Assembly: GCF_041956535.1 (NCBI RefSeq)
Contig: NW_027192221.1
Span: 62,001-126,000, forward strand
Length of the DNA stretch: 64,000 nucleotides
Source of the DNA: Calcarisporiella thermophila CBS 279.70
Lineage: Eukaryota > Fungi > Calcarisporiellomycota
Direction: 5' to 3'
In this document: piece after piece, positions 26,344 through 38,919 of the stretch
Layout of the letters: each line of letters opens with the position of its first letter
How positions within the stretch are numbered: position 1 is the first letter of the stretch
The notes under the pieces: model-generated
The model's input: only the letters and a program-made list of their open reading frames with translations
What the model was told of the DNA's origin: nothing
Database searches by the model: none
Program-made: the position numbers and the translations under genes

Positions 26344-27261
26344 AGCAAGTAAGGATATTTATTAGATGGTTTAGTGAAACAACTTTAAAACTGTCATTAG
26401 TATCTCTAGAGGTTATCTTTGAGCATTACTTGGGGAAATAATCGATATTGAAACGAATATGCATGTATTCATTTAATTCCTTTATTCTCTGTATATTGGC
26501 TAGGCTAGAGGTTAAAAGTCTCGAACATTCATTCATTGGATTACTTACATGATTTGTTACACAGTAACCCAATATTAACGAATTTTCTGGAAATCTTGAC
26601 CAGATACATGCCTCCTCATACTTACGCTTTTTTGAATATGTTAGGACAATTGATTTTTTATTCTTCTATCGCTATTACTTGTACTTGTGCTTTTCTTTTT
26701 AAACTATGCTCTCGTTACAGTTGGTGGCAATCCTAGCCACATTAATATTTCCATTTACCTAGCGCATCGGATTTTCCCTAATTTTAAGTACACCATGTCA
26801 CAGTAATCTGGCTGCTCAGTTATCTAGATACCAGGAAATCATACAACTTGATTTTAAGAGTGTTATATGATGTGTTTTGGATCTAGACCAAGTAAAAGAA
26901 AATGTATATGCTATTATTGTGCTGCAAAAAGAGAGGATAGTTAAATGTTTTTGAAATAACACTCTATATTATAATTTCGACTCTATAGCAATAAAAGCCC
27001 ATGTCGTTCTCAATCATATTTTGTTTTTTCTTCCGAAGTATAAAAATTACCATGCGCTCTAAGTTTTGGACTTTAGCTTTCTCGAAACCTCTCTAAATAT
27101 CCAAGAAACTGTCACATCCAAGCCGCCAATTAAACGTAAAATTCGTTCGAAAATTGAAAGCTCAAAATGGGAGCTTTTTGTTAACCTCAACCTGTATACG
27201 ATCTTCATTTAATTTAGTATTTTTTTTTCCTCATCTCAAATAAATCCTAGATACTTAGAAG

Positions 27262-30133
27262 ATGCTGGGCACACGCCCAAATTCCTCCAACCAGCGCCGG
27301 TCGCCGGTACGACCTATATCCGCCCCGCAACCAGCTCCTATACAACCCCGTGTCCTTGTTGTTCCAGCCGTGATGCCAACCATCCGCCTCCCTGCACGCT
27401 CAGATGCTATCATCTGTGACCCAATTAAGAAGCGGTATATATTAAGGGAATCGGAATTAAATGCTAGAGAGGAAGTGGGTCATCCTTTCCTTAAATTACA
27501 GTGATATTTGTTTTTTTATTTACTTGTTCAAAATAATATAGTCAAAGATGAGGTTACCCGATACACAATCGCGTACGATGTTCCCCAGTTTTCGTTGGAA
27601 AGATAAACACGACATGGTTGTTAATTTTCCACAATACTCTATGGATAAAAAACATACCTTCGATGAAGATGAGATGAAATCAAGTGATGAAGTAAGACTT
27701 GATTGCAATTCATAGCCCATTTGATATTCATTACTAAATATTGTAAATCTAGGAAAGTGACATTTGTGTAAAGCTGCCTAGCGATAGAGCTGCAGGCATT
27801 ACTGAAGATGAGAGCGAAGATGAGGATTTCACGGATGAGGAGGAGGAATGTTCATCTAATACCACAGCTCCATTGCAGGCCACTGATGAACCCTCTGATG
27901 ATGATAATCGTCAGGATAAACGAGTAACCTTTGAGGAGGCTCCACGACGCGGAGGTGATAAGAGACAGAGTTCATTGAATGTCTTTGCGCACGAGTTTAC
28001 TCCTGCATCTAATAATGAAAGTGGCATAAAACGAGAGGAAAATAATAGGATTGTGAGTATTTATGTCCAGATACTCCAACTTATTTCGAACCTTATTTAA
28101 TTTACCTTCAATCATGGACTTAGACTGCGAAGCCAGTTGTTCAGGCAAGGTCAGCCCACCCTGGCATGCACTACAAGGACTGGGTGCAACCCACGCACAT
28201 TCCTGCAATGGATGTCTCCCTCTGGCAAGACTTTCAGGATAAGATAGTACAGCACCTTGGCGAACGCGTTGAGACGGAAATCGAACGTCGATTCAAAGGC
28301 CATATTGCTAAACTCTCCGTCGAGAATCGCATTGCTCGTCCCGACCCAAAGCTCGAAGAGGAACTCGACAATCTACGCCGTAAGCAAATGAAGGCAGAGA
28401 TCGAAGCCAGTCAGTTCAAGGTTCGAGCGGCGGAGCTAGAAGCCCAGGTGCGTGAGCTCGAACGTGTTAAAACTCGGAATGCGGAGCTAGAAGCACGCTT
28501 GACGGATTCACAAACTGCGCCAGAGATTCATGAGGAATTGGCGCGTTTGCGCATGAAGAATCAGGATCTATCGCGTGATAGAGACAAAATCGACCAGTTG
28601 ATAGCGCGAAACTTGTATCTTGAGATTGAGGTTGAGCAAGCGCAAGCAGAGGTCAGTAAGCAATCGCAAAAGATGGCCAACGTCGAATCAGAGCTTTCTG
28701 CCGCAAAAGCAGAGACCTCAAATCTGCGCGCACGGAATGAGCAGTTGGAAAATGAGATGGATGGTAGACTCGGCGAAATCGATCAGCTGATGAAGCGGAT
28801 CGAGAAACAAGAAAACGAAAAGCGCAATTTAGAGGAGGAGCAAGCCCAACTCGCCCGAAAGAATGGCCAACTTGAGGCCCAACTCTCTGCCCGCCAGGCA
28901 GAAGCCGAGGAACTAACATCGAGGTACCGTTTGCTTGAGAGTGAAATGACCGGAAAGCATGGCGACATCACTCAACTTCGGATTCGAAACCACGAGCTTG
29001 AGAGTGAAAAGCGCACGATGGCGCAGGAGCTTGGCCATGCCAATCAAGAGCTCGAGGCGAAGAAGATTAAACTTGACGAACTCTGGGCACGATGCCAGTC
29101 GCTCGAAGAGCAACTTAAGGATATGGAACATATTCGCGTCCGAAGCGAGAGCTGGCGAAGTGACAAAGCTAAACTCGAAGAACTTGAAGAGCTTTGCCAT
29201 GACCTGGAGCGGCGTAATGCCCAGCTTGCTCAACAGGCTCGTGAGGATCGTGCATCGGCGGAGGAGGCGTATGGCATGTATCGCGAAGCGGAGCGCAAAA
29301 ACAAAGCACTTCTAGAGAATGAGACTCATTTGGAGCGCGCCTATGCACAACTCATGGGTCGTGAGCAGGAGTTCCGTGACCGTGCTGAAGAGCTGCAGGA
29401 GGAGAACAACCGTTTACAGCAGTTGGTCGAAGAAAGGCAGGCACAACTTGAGGAGGTGGTGCACCATTTCACTGAGTTACAGCACACAGAAGAGGAAACT
29501 CGCATGCAGTGGGAACAGGCTGCTGAGGAATACGAAGAGCTCTTGGAAAGATTCCGAAATATGGAACGGGAAAATGCCACCCTTCGCTCGAGCTTAGCAT
29601 CTCTGGTGGACGCGGCAGCCAGATCTCACCCGCCCTATCATGGTCATGGAGAGAAAGAAGAAGAAGGAGTGGTGATAGAAGAGGACAAACGAGGTGGAAT
29701 GGAGGTACTGCAGGAGATGAACGAGGGCCATCACGCTGAGACTGCCGCATCACTAGAGCCCGAGGATATACCGAGCCGAATCTCCGCCCCAAAAGCGAAT
29801 GGTACAACAATCAATGCAAACAGGCGCGCCTCCGTTTCAAGTAATGGCACCATTCATTCGCGTCGAAGATCGAGCAGCTTATTGAGTGCAAATAAGGAGC
29901 GAAAGCACAGTAACCAGCGCATCAGCTTTGATGCCTCACAGCACACATTAGAGCCATCTCAGGGGAAAACTAGTAAATCCAGCAAACGACTTTCGGCTGG
30001 GTCTGCGCGATCCGCACGTTCGGACGACAACAGCCGTGCCTTTTCCCCTGCTACCTCAAATGGAAGCAAAGATAACCCATGGGCCCAGAGGACCAATGGC
30101 GAATTGGCGAACAACGCATGGTGGAAAGAGTAG
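27262..30133 (+). CDS. ~890-aa protein: PAM2 motif + long coiled coil + C-terminal AWW (Upa2-like architecture)
   Basis: Exons 27262-27474, 27542-27691, 27753-28052 and 28124-30133 splice in frame with GT..AG. PAM2 SSLNVFAHEFTP at 27969-28004, ~400 aa of heptad E/Q/R/L-rich helix, terminus NNAWWKE*. Confidence 0.82.
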
Positions 30134-31025
30134 GCTTCTCTCTCATTTCTGTACTTATCATTTTGTATCTTTCTCCTCTGACTATTCTTTTAAATACTCA
30201 ATTCTATTTTTTTTACCCCTTTATTGTAATCTATCATTACAAAATTTTCTTCTCTCTGAGCACACCCTCATAATATAACAAAGTATTTTTTATATATAAC
30301 ATATATATACAAATATATTCATCGTTATCCCACTTTCCTTTCCACTGGCTTCTTTTTTCTTTCTCTTTTTTGTTTTGGTTCTTTTCAACACAATCTGCAA
30401 TCCGGTTTTATTACTTCTAGCTCTTTGTCGATCCATTACCTTCGTTTCATTGTGATTTATATCTTTTATCGTCTTTATCCAAACATTAAAAATATTCATC
30501 TATTCTAAAAAAAACCGCCATGTGCAATATTCCCATAGATTCTCAAGTTGTGCAAAGATGCGCCGCAACTAAGCCCACCGTCCTTCACAATGGAGCAAAA
30601 TGCTTAGGCTGTAAGAGGGGTGCACATGCCTTTTGATATATTTTGGCTCTTATCGGCAACAAGGTTTTTCGAGATAATGATGTCATATTTGCAATGAATT
30701 TTTCGGCTCGGGCGAATTTCACAGCAAGCGCAAGGTTCACTTAAGGAGCGAGCAGAGGCAGCTGGTTGAGAATCAATTAAAGGGGAATAGCGGAATGCAT
30801 TGTTTTTAGCTACGCAAGAGCGTAGACGATCGACAGTCAGTTAGCTTCTATCAAACTTAAATGAACGTATCCATAATCGTAACATGACTTGCATTGACTT
30901 TGGGCAGTCACTTGTTGCATATGAAGAGTGTTTAAATCCCCGCGACATATGATTTGGTTACAGAAATACTTAAATCTTCTCTTTTCTTTAGGGCAAAGAG
31001 AAGGATTTAACTCTGCGATTCGGCA

Positions 31026-34000
31026 ATGCTTATGTCATGTCAACTAGTGATAGTTTGGTTGTTGATTACAACTGTCCATTCCGCTCCCGTGTTCAATCAA
31101 GGTTCATTCTTCATCTTATTATGGTTGAAATTGTACATTAAACGATTTATTCATCTAACTAGTCAATTCGGTGGACTTGTTCGGGAATACTTGCCCCCTC
31201 CCTACCAAATTCGATTCGCAATGCCCTCTACTTTGTGTGGCGAGTCTTGACCAATGTCCCACGATCATAAGACCCACTTGCTCTACTGGTGACATTCACT
31301 GTGGAGATGGCATCTGTCGACCAGCCAATTCCTGCCCTAACATAAACCCTTGCTCTTGCGGACTTAACCCACCTACCAATTTGTACCCTTGTCTGACTAA
31401 TTATACGGTACACATTCAAAGTTTCGATAAAGCAGGGAATCTCGAAGCGCAGACCAAACAAGCTTGTGCTGCCTATCTGGGTGTGGGGAATCTTACGAGT
31501 GGATATGAAGGCGGGAATATCATGTGGCTCCAATGCCCTAAGAGCAAGATCAACCCTCCCACCTGGGTCGAGCCACAGTGGGTGACTGTATGGTGTTTGC
31601 TAGGATTCGAGATACTCTTGTCAATACTTTGGTGGGCTTATAAGAAAATTCGGGAGAGAAATATCCCTGTAAGTTCTGCTCTGAGTGAAAGTAAGCGGAA
31701 CCAGAGTGAGCCCGAGGAAAATTCCGAGAAACAGGTCAAAGACGAGAAAGGGCAGAGCCGAGGTGATACTGCGTTGGATAGCTCTGATGCAGGGAGCCTT
31801 GGTCCCCAGGAACATATTTCTCTCAAAGGATATCGCGGCGATTGGTTTGGTAGATTCGCCCTGGCGAGTATTGTCGTTTACACGCTAGGTCTATGGGTAT
31901 GGCTCGCTGTTATGATCGTGGATTACTATGGGTTCGTAACCGGAAGTCCATGGGGAATATTCGGAGGCGACTATGACTCCTCTGTGAGAATGTTCATTGC
32001 CGTTTGGTATGTAAGCAGCGCATGTCTTATAATCCTGAACATTGTGCGCAAACGGATAGTAAGTTGGTTCGCAATCCGGTGTTTACCCGAGCAAGGAGAT
32101 CGCGTGCAGATCGAGCAAACACGAGTCCCGACTGTGCTGTTGGACGACGAACGGGACACTTGGATCCAAAAATTCAGGGACTTCGAGGGGAAGATTCGGC
32201 GCATGCTTGGATGGGACGTCATCGTTAGCGTGTCGCCCATTGAGTACACAGCACTCGGAACAAAATATTTTAATTACCAGTGCGTACGCTATGTGTTTAA
32301 CGAGCAGCTCAACCGCTTCGACCCCTACGAATTCCACCTAGGGTGTGAGAATAAAGAGCTTTTGGATCAACGGCACGGTCTTTCGAGCACAGAAGCAAAA
32401 GCCCGACATGAACTCATAGGACCTAACTACATTCATGTGTATGTGCCTTCATTTTTAATTGCATTATTCCAAGAATTTTTCGGTTACTTTTATCTATACC
32501 AATTCATGTCCCTGGTAAGCTATGGATTTCATTGCATGATGAAAACATCTACTGACGCTAATCATGGATACGTATTAGTTTTTATTTTACTATAATGCCT
32601 ATTATTCCATTGGCCTCGTGTATGCCGGATTAATCTTGATATCCGCCCTGGTTAAAGTGATCATACGTCTTGGGAGTGAAAAGCGCATCAAGTCCATGGC
32701 GGAACATGTTGATGAATGTTGTGTACGGCGGGACGGGGAGTGGGTGGTGATATCGACTGCAGACCTGGTTCCAGGCGATGTATTCAAGCTGACACGTGAC
32801 ATGGTCGTGCCATGCGACGCAGTGCTACTCGAAGGGAATGCGATTGTCAACGAGAGTTCCTTAACTGGAGAACCCTTGCCAGTACGCAAGTTCCCTCTCA
32901 AAGAAGATGATGGGAGATACAACCCTGCCTCCTCCAAGGGAAATACTCTTTATGCAGGGACCAGTGTATCCCAAGTTGTGGAGGAGGAGAAAACAAGCGT
33001 GGCCACTGCACTTGTGATGCGCACAGGTACTCAAACAGACAAGGGAAAGCTTGTACACAAAATTCTGTTTCCGCAACCCATTTCATTTATCTTCGATGAG
33101 CAGCTGAAAATCGTGATGCTTATCCTCGCTTGTTGGGGCGGTGTTACCTTCGCCATTGCACTTTATCTGTTCCGGGCAGCTCGAGCGGGTGCTTGGTTTT
33201 ACGGGATGTTTACCTTTGTGGAGATCATCAGCCCTCTTTTCCCTGCAGCCTTGGTGGTGGGGCAGTCGGTAGCAGCGGGCAGGTTGCGAGGCAAGCATAT
33301 CTACTGTGTGGATTTGCCGAGGATTATAATAGCAGGCAAGGTGCAGATTTTCTGCTTCGATAAAACCGGCACGCTTACCAAGGAGGGGCTTGAATTTCAC
33401 CGAGCTTTACCGATAGAACATGGTGAGAAGAAGCTGCAGGCTAAGGCGGAAAAGGGAGAAGAACCCGAGAACACACCTAGTGGCGAGAGTCATGAAGGAA
33501 CAGTAGCGAAATTCGGCAATCTAGGCGAATTTTCGGAGCTTCCTGGCTTGATTCAGCTGGGAATGGCAACCTGCCATGCTGTTGCGATGCTAAACGAACA
33601 ATTGATCGGAAATCCTGTAGATATTGAGATGTTCCGAGCTACCGAATGGTCACTTCTACCTCACACCGAGAAGAGTGGATCTCACCTGGATACGGTGGTC
33701 AATCCCGTGAACAAAGCTCAAGCGCATGTTGTCAAGCGATTCGAGTTCATGCATGCGCGTGCTTCCATGTCAGTGGCAGTGCTCGATACTGCGACGAACC
33801 ATGTGCATATCTTCGTGAAAGGTTCATTCGAGCGAATCAAAGACATATCACACCAGACAAGTGTTCCCCAGGACTACGATGCCCGAACATCCCAACTTGC
33901 TCGCGAGGGATGTTACGTTTTGGCCATGGCACATAAGGATCTTGGCCCTCAGGCTGACCTTAATGCCATTCAGGGGTGGACGCGTGACGAGCTGGAGCGA

Positions 34001-35457
34001 GATGTTGAGCTGATAGGGTTGATTGTTTTCAGAAACAATCTGAAGGAAGATACTCCCTCCGCAATCCGCGAACTGAACTTGGGAGGTACGCGTACCGTAA
34101 TGATCACAGGAGACACCGCCTTGACGGGAGTCTACATTGCGAGGCAGTGCAGGATGACCGAGGAGGGAGCACGAGTCCTGCTCGGAGACGTTGCGGAGAA
34201 TGGGGAGGTAGTGTGGACTGACATCGATGACGCCGACAACCGCCCCATAGAGCTACCCAAATCCGAAGAGGGAGTGGAGTTGGCCGTGACCGGCCGGGCA
34301 TTTAGACACCTGGTCGAGACGGACCAGATACGCTCACTACTGCTCAATATCCGAGTATTTGCTCGGATGACGCCCATTGACAAGGTGACCTGCGTTGAGC
34401 TACACATGGAGCGCGGAATCACCGCCATGTGTGGTGATGGAGGCAATGACTGCGGGGCCCTTCGCTCGGCTCACGTTGGGCTCGCTCTTTCGGAAGCAGA
34501 GGCCTCAATAGTTTCGCCATTCTCCACCAATCGACGAACGATATCCTCGTGCTGTGAGCTGCTGAGGCAAGGAAGAGCAGCGTTAGCCACAAATTTGGCG
34601 GCTTACAAGTATTTAATTATGTATGGAGAAACGATGGCGATGATGAAGACCTTTACGTTCTATTTTTCTGGTACGTTTTCCCGATGCTGGCCTCATTTTC
34701 TGAACTAACCGTGTGCGCCTCCTATGGTTTAGTAACTATATCGCAATGGCTCTGGATTCTCGCTGACGCGTTCATCACGGTCGCTCTTGCTTACGCTATA
34801 ACGCAATCCCTCCCGGCGAAAACCTTGGCCCCCCGCCGCCCAACCGCAAGGCTTCTGGGACCGGAGACCGTGACCTCGACGGTGGGCCTTATGGTCATCA
34901 ACTATAGCTTTCTCATTGGCTCGATGGGGCTTCTCTTCTCCCAGCCCTGGTTCCGCTGCAACGAATGGGATTCGTCGCTGGTCGACACTTCCAAGTGGTG
35001 GCTTATTGGCGACAATTATGAAGCAGAGGTCATTGGCTTGTCTGTGCTCTTCCAATTCGTCAATAGCGCGGCGGTCTTTAACTTTGGTCACCTGTTTCGC
35101 AGGCAATGGTGGCGCAACTACACACTGGTCATTATCTGGATGGTGTATATCGCCATCGTGTCGTATGTTGAGTTAGCCGATCCAAATCCATTGGGATGCG
35201 CCATGCGGATGAACTGCGGGAATCCTGATGCTGTGGTACGAGAGGGCTATCCGCGCCCGACCTTTTACATAGAGCCCTACAACAACCTACTGGGGCATAA
35301 CATCATGCCTAGAGATTTCAGAATTAAATTATTTTTCCTGTCCGTCAGCAACATGTTGGCGGGCGTGCTTTTCGAGCGCTTTGTGGTACTTGGGCCGGTG
35401 CGCGAGTGGCTGCGCAGCAGGTATTCGGCACGGTCAGCACGGCGTTACAAGTTGTAA
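31026..35457 (+). CDS. P5-type (P5B/ATP13A-like) ATPase with signal peptide and Cys-rich N-terminal ectodomain
   Basis: LVPGD, NESSLTGEP, phosphorylation motif CFDKTGTLT, KGSFE, MITGD, VFARMTP.DK, MCGDGGNDCGAL and KYLIMYG. Three introns (~31102-31162, ~32515-32578, ~34671-34732). Confidence 0.93.
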
Positions 35458-35947
35458 TTTTAAGGGATGCTAGACCTTGGCCGCCACGGAACACGGCCAT
35501 GAGGGGATTGCTTGAGAGCCGATCCATTGGCACTGTAATGTTGATTTCTATATTAATTTATATTATGTGATCTCTTCTCTCGTTCGTCCGTTGCCCTGTG
35601 GCAATAAGCAAAAACAACAGATTTTTTTCTCAGGTTCGAGGCCCGCTTGTTCCGAATTTTCCATTTAAATCCCCTCGCTCCCTTCTCCGTTCCTTATCTT
35701 CCCAACTTTCTCTTCTGTTTTTCTCATCGCTTTCCCAACTGTTCTGGCTGGTCCATTACATCTTCTTATTGGCAGGTCCATACTTTTCTATCTTCTCTAT
35801 TCAAAAGACGTTTCAGCGCAAGCAGAGCTACGCATCAGTCTTTTATTTTGAAAATCTCCCCTTTGAAGAAAAGCTGTTTTCTCTTGACGAAAAAACACTT
35901 TTCTCCCATTCTTTCCCCCCAAGATATTCTCTATATTTCTAGCGACT

Positions 35948-36205
35948 ATGTCACGCCTTCTAGTTCTGTCTTTTCTATTTTTCTCCATCTTCGCCCTTAC
36001 TTTCTGGCAGGCGGCTGCCGCCCCCGTCCCATTCTCTTCCGGTGAGGGCGAGTCAGTCCTCAGTTTTCCAACACGAAAGAGCGAGTCAGCTGTGTTGAGT
36101 CGCTTCCAGGGCTTGTCCAATGACGAGGAGAAACGGGTGCGTCGTGAGATTCATCGGATATTTGAGGAGAGGCGAAATGTCATGGCGAGTGTACTGGCTG
36201 AGTAA
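35948..36205 (+). CDS. Small secreted protein (85 aa)
   Basis: Strong signal peptide ending AAAA|PVP, a charged C-terminal helix and dibasic sites. Confidence 0.6.
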   Translation: MSRLLVLSFLFFSIFALTFWQAAAAPVPFSSGEGESVLSFPTRKSESAVLSRFQGLSNDEEKRVRREIHRIFEERRNVMASVLAE

Positions 36206-36683
36206 TCAGAAAGGACACCCGTTGAAGTCTATTGTTTGTCGGGCCTATGTACCTATTCCCCCCCCCCCCTCCCCCTCATCTTATTGCAATCTCACTCTAT
36301 AGAAAAGATGATGTGTTTAAATCTGAAAACCCTATGAATAAAACAAGTGGCGATGATACAAATCCATACTGATCATTCTGGCATCCCTTCCATTCGTTGA
36401 GCGAGGGCGAGCCCATGAGCTCAATTCAACCTTCTTCATAGGACCTATCCTAATGTTTGTGGCGGCTATCTCATGCCTATCGATGTCTGCAACCCATTTG
36501 CATTGGGAAGGTGATGCGAAAATCCAATCAGAAGTTACCTTGTTGATTTGGTCGCAGGATGAAAATCTTATTTTTCATATCCAAATTTCCCTTTCCTTAG
36601 TTTCAAAAAGAGTCCATTCCCAAACTCCCTGCATACAGCGTCATCCCATTCTGTGTGAGAAACCCACTCATCTCATGTAAATC

Positions 36684-38196
36684 ATGCCCCAGACTATTGA
36701 CTACCGTGTGTCTAAAGTGGTGGTTCTGTGCAAAGACTGTGGAGAGGATGTGGGTCTTTATCCAGCTCGACATCGTTGCCGCAAGGTGGAACGGCCTCCG
36801 CTGCCGCCCATCCCCGCCCTTCCTCCACAGTATTTGAGCACGCCTTCGCCCTCGCCCTCTCCTTCTCCTTCTCTTTCGCCATCACGATCTGACGCCTCTG
36901 CAAAGCAATCGGATCCTAAGACGGGGACAAGCATGTGGGAGAGATTACGCAAGAATTGGACTGAGGGTGGTGAGCATTGCCTTGTTTATAGAGCCATGTT
37001 TTGAACCAACAATAAATGAACATTTGTTTTGTCAGCAGATTCTAGCACCGCTCAATCGTCAAAATCTGGAACACTTTGGGATAAGCTGCTTTCAGCAACC
37101 GAGATATTGAGTCAGCGCAACGATTGGCCGGGTACAGAACAGAATTATTCTTGGTGGTCTTTCTTGTCGCATTGTGCTAATCATCCGTAATCCTTTTTGA
37201 AATATTTCAGATTCAGACTGTTCTGATCACGAGGGTGAAACCCATGTGTCCCGATGTCTTCGCGAATATTATGAATCCAAGGGTAGGATTCCAGAATGGC
37301 TTCGGGATGAGAAGTCGAAATCGTTTATCAGGGAATCCGTTTCAAAATCGCCATCCCCCACCCAGAATAATCGCACAACAGGCGGTTCGCTCTTTCGAGA
37401 TATTTATGATAATGCTCCGCAGACCGCTAATGAAAGAGAAAGGGAGCGGAAGCCGCGATTGTGGGAGGAGGATGCGCCCTCCGAGCGAACACGGACGAGA
37501 GAGATAGGAAGAGAGAAACACAGGGAACAGGACGCTGTACCAGAGCGTAAACCAAGACTATGGGAAGAGGATGTTCCTCCCGCTTCGCCCTATCGTTCGA
37601 GGGACGAGAGAGATCAGGGAAATCGGATGAAACCGGGACAAAATGAACGGTACAGGGAGAGGGAGCGAATGGAGAGAATACAACGGGATGAATACGAGAG
37701 GAGAGACAGAGGTGAAGGTGATCGGATGGACGGCCGCATGCAGCGCGCAGTTGAGCGGGAAGGTGAGAGAGGAGATAGTGGGAGAGGGAGAGACCAGCGG
37801 CAAGACGCCTACTACCGCCTAACCGGCGAATCGACTCATTCTCTGCACAGCACCGCCTCCACTTCCTCCTCCACCTCATCCTCCCGAGAACGAAGTAGAC
37901 ACCGAGACTATGATCGTGATCGCACCAGAGTGGACCCACGCTATAGGGTCGACCCGGGACCCCACTACGGACATTCGCCTCAACCTCACCCCTCCTATCC
38001 CTATCCCCCCTCACAAACCTCATCTTCCTCTAGAAAACAATATGCGCCGCCTCCCCCTCCTACCGGGTATCACAGAGGTGATTATCCTCCTGGTCCCATG
38101 TCCGAAAGAGAGTCCCCGATGCGAAGTCGAGAACGACGTTCTCCTGACGAATACCCCTCTTACAGACGGCATCCACCGGCAACGCGTGGAATTTAA
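36684..38196 (+). CDS. Protein with N-terminal CxxC..HxC motif, Mso1-like Sec1-binding segment and R/E/D-rich tail
   Basis: Three exons (introns ~36970-37035 and ~37132-37210). LCKDCGEDVGLYPARHRC; SDHEGETHVSRCLREYYESKGRIPEWL resembles the fungal Mso1 N-terminal motif. Confidence 0.65.
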
Positions 38197-38919
38197 TTTT
38201 TTTTTTCCCCGGAGAATTTCTACGGTTGACTTGCCTTATTGTTTTCTTATTTTTTTACTAACTTTACTAATATTTTCGATCTTTGCTGAACAAATAAATA
38301 TTTGGACTTTAAGGGATCTATTTCCTGCCCTCAGCCCGTCTGATATCTGTACAATCGCGATCCGAAAGATATGAGGGTACATAGAACATTCGAACTTAAT
38401 GACGTAGCTAAGCCCCCCCGCCATGGCAGATTTCTGGATTTGATCGACAAGGAATGTGGATGCAAGTTTAAGGCCCAAATTTTATGCCGAAGTTTTGACC
38501 AATTTTCGGGAACCATCTTTGTTCTTTTAATTTTTAGTTTAGCTTTTGATTGTTCCCTACATTTTTGCTTCTGGTCTCTTTTCGCGGTAGGCCTCTTTTC
38601 TCTCATCTCATTTCATGTAATGTGTTAATTAACCAAGGTAACCATTCTCTTGCCATTGAGCCGTGGAACGAAGCCATTGCGTGCTAATCTTCATTTCGAC
38701 ATTCTTAGGCATTGAACCTATAGTCCTAGTATTGAAAGCAAAAGGTAATGTAATGTTCACATTTGTTTTTTCTTATTCACACGCCTAACCCCGCTCCTCC
38801 TATCCATGCCGACCAGTTTTCTTCAAAGTGCGAATATCCCCTTAAACCCTTAATATACCACCTCTATATCTCGTTGCCCACCTTGGTTCATCTTCACTCG
38901 CCACGAAGATAACCCAAGA

